DNA from: Lingula anatina
Taxonomy: Eukaryota; Animalia; Brachiopoda
Length of the DNA: 64,000 nucleotides
Direction: 5' to 3'
Assembly: GCA_051362555.1 (NCBI GenBank)
Contig: CM120640.1
Coordinates: 38,294,788-38,358,787, forward strand
Shown in pieces: positions 62,501 through 64,000 of the stretch. A program made the translations under genes and the position numbers. How positions within the stretch are numbered: position 1 is the stretch's first letter; every line of letters starts with the position of its first letter. Under the pieces are notes generated by a model. That model ran no database searches and was not told the DNA's origin. It was given only the letters and a program-made list of their open reading frames with translations.

Positions 62501-63838
62501 CAATTCCTAAAGTTTCAACTTCCCACCTGCAATGGTCTAGGAGCAGATAGCAGAAATTACAATGCCATAAGAATTTAGAATCAACCACCTCCCAGGGTAC
62601 AGCCCAACCCTCTGTTGCACTAAAATTCTTAAGTGCCCATACACCTCCCTGATGATAGGTATACAAATCACTAAAGTTTCAACTTCCTAACTCTAATGAT
62701 CTAGGGCAGATAGCAGAAATTACAATGTCTTAAGAATTTAGAATCAACCACCCCCCGGGGAAAGCCCAAACCCCTGTGGCACTAAAATTCCAAAGTGCCC
62801 ATGCACATCCCTGATGACGGGTATACTAATAACCAAAGTTTCAACTTCCTAACTCTAATGGTCCAGGAGGAGATAGCAGAAATTACAATGTGAAAGGAAT
62901 TTAGAATCAACCACCCCCTGGGGACAGCCCAACCCCCTGTGGCACTAAAATTCAAAAGTGCCCATGCAGATCCCTGATTATGGGTCTATCAATTCCCAAA
63001 GTTTCAACTTCCTATATGCAATGGTCTAGGAGGAGATAGCAGAAATTACATTGTGAAAAGAATTAAGAATCAACCCCCACCCCCCTGGGGACAGCCCAAT
63101 CCCATGTGGCACTAAAATTCCAAAATGCCCATGCACATCCCTGATGATGGGTGTACCAATTCCCAAAGTTTCAGTTTCCTATCTGTAATGGTCTAAGAGA
63201 AGATAGTGGAAATTACAATGTTATAAGAATTTAGAATTAACCACCCCCCGGGGACAACCCAACCCCCTGTGGCACTAAAATTCCAAAATGCCCATGCACA
63301 TCCCTGATGATGTATCTTCCAATTCCCATAGTTACAATTTCCTATCTCTAACGGTCTAGGAGGAGATAGCAGAAATTACAATGTCATAAGAATTTTGAAT
63401 CACATACCCCCCCCCCTCCCCCCCCCCAGGCACAGCCCAACCCCCAGTTGCACTAAAATTCCAATGTGCCCATGCACATCCCTGAAGATGGGTCTACTGA
63501 TTCCCAAAGTTTCAACTTCCTACCTGCAATAGTCCAGGAGGAGATAGCGGAAATTACTAACACACAGACGCGTGGACAGGCGGGATAACATGATCCCAGA
63601 CTTTTGTCCCAAAAGTGCGTGGATAAAAAAAAAAAAAAAAAAACACACACACACATTTGTAATTCTTTATTGACATCTGATGAATTTACAACTGAACACA
63701 TTTGCTGACCTGGTGGAAGGTTCCCATAAATAACAGCTACTTCATGGCCAAGCTTTTCCAAGTGTTGAGTAGTGGCATATATTGCCTTTTTACTGAAGCA
63801 AACAATGCAATCACCAGGTTGTACATTTTCTAGTGAGC
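59398..63838 (-). CDS. SUPV3L1: ATP-dependent RNA helicase SUV3 (mitochondrial degradosome helicase), 3' portion; 5' exons lie beyond the window
   Basis: complement join(63710-63838,61557-61650,60997-61216,60599-60679,60180-60359,59767-59915,59398-59590). GT-AG introns with consistent phases. SUV3 hallmarks [62 protein letters not shown] and RFPDMFPD are present. Confidence 0.96.
59767..59915 (-). CDS. SUPV3L1: SUV3 exon
   Basis: [49 protein letters not shown]; donor |GTATGT. Confidence 0.92.
60180..60359 (-). CDS. SUPV3L1: SUV3 exon
   Basis: [60 protein letters not shown]; donor |GTAAGA. Confidence 0.93.
60599..60679 (-). CDS. SUPV3L1: SUV3 exon
   Basis: [27 protein letters not shown]; acceptor TTACAG|, donor |GTCAGA. 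Confidence 0.92.
60997..61216 (-). CDS. SUPV3L1: SUV3 exon (motif VI)
   Basis: [73 protein letters not shown]. Confidence 0.95.
61557..61650 (-). CDS. SUPV3L1: SUV3 exon (motif V)
   Basis: [30 protein letters not shown]; donor |GTAAGA. Confidence 0.95.
61839..63625 (-). mobile_element. Helentron-associated non-autonomous element (HINE/DINE-1/pearl-like) with central tandem repeats, inside a SUV3 intron
   Basis: Subterminal inverted repeats TATCCCGGCACTT (61868-61880) and AAGTGCGTGGATA (63613-63625). A hairpin CAATGG-gtag-CCATTG (61850-61865) sits next to the terminal CTAG. The other end has an extra inverted copy forming a stem and an ACAGAC/GGAC microsatellite-like tract. Both ends lie in A/T runs with no TSD. 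Confidence 0.85.
61945..63560. repeat. Ten tandem ~165-bp repeats (163-178 bp) forming the HINE core
   Basis: The AGCAGAAA(T/C)TAC-type anchor occurs at 62054, 62217, 62386, 62549, 62712, 62875, 63038, 63205, 63368 and 63546. Confidence 0.95.
63710..63838 (-). CDS. SUPV3L1: SUV3 exon (start of helicase C-terminal RecA domain)
   Basis: [42 protein letters not shown]; acceptor TTCCAG|, donor |GTCAGC. Confidence 0.94.
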
Positions 63839-63925
63839 CTGGAATGAAAATAATACAGAAATGGATTTATTATCTAGAACAAGACAGCAAAGCTGTCAGA
63901 TGTACAAAGAAAAAGCAGAAAATAA

Positions 63926-63962
63926 CTAGAGGATCAGAGAGGCGATACCGCCTCTGGGTATT
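63926..63962 (-). mobile_element. Terminus of a second HINE/Helentron-like element
   Basis: AA|CTAGA followed by hairpin AGAGGCG-atac-CGCCTCT (63938-63955), the same end architecture as at 61839. Confidence 0.55.
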
Positions 63963-64000
63963 CAGACTTGGAGAAACTGTCGGACCGACCGGTCTTGACT
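63963..64000. mobile_element. End of a hAT-like MITE related to 53173-53528, truncated by the window edge
   Basis: CAGACTTGGAGAAACTGTCGGACCGACCGGTCTTGACT aligns without gaps to the reverse-complemented right end of the 53-kb element (CAGACATGCTGAAACTGTCGGTCTGATTGGTCATGACT). Confidence 0.75.

Noticed and set aside
61945-63560. Homology between the 165-bp HINE repeat and the 364-bp satellite
   Set aside because: Only generic similarities (C tracts, short A/T-tract words); no extended alignment visible on either strand.
46660-63761. Other ORF-track calls in the unique region (e.g. 46660-46905, 47369-47575, 47950-48252, 53387-53608, 54251-54466, 58315-59203, 62451-62666)
   Set aside because: Low-complexity translations of introns, UTRs or repeats, or shadows of real exons in other frames or strands.

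Overview
Eukaryotic, AT-rich animal genomic DNA; the repeat types suggest a mollusc or other lophotrochozoan (inference). Positions 1-~45,980 are the right end of a head-to-tail satellite of about 126 monomers of ~364 bp, each with a variable poly-C tract. The array shows 17-mer and 13-mer higher-order duplications, CpG-type variants and a decaying edge. The edge fades through satellite-like relics into a degraded DDE_Tnp_4/SWIM-type transposase remnant bracketed by imperfect inverted motifs (~46.0-48.3 kb), which suggests the satellite grew out of a transposon arm. Downstream lie a complete 7-coding-exon casein kinase I alpha gene (+ strand; TATA/Inr-like promoter, 43-codon uORF, predicted 3'UTR intron) and the convergent 3' part of a SUV3 mitochondrial helicase gene (- strand, 7 exons visible). 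Their introns carry two MITEs, a Helentron-associated (HINE-like) element with ten ~165-bp internal repeats, and a nested insertion at the window edge. The ORFs inside the satellite are artefacts of the repeat. Family assignments rest on recalled consensus motifs, not database searches.
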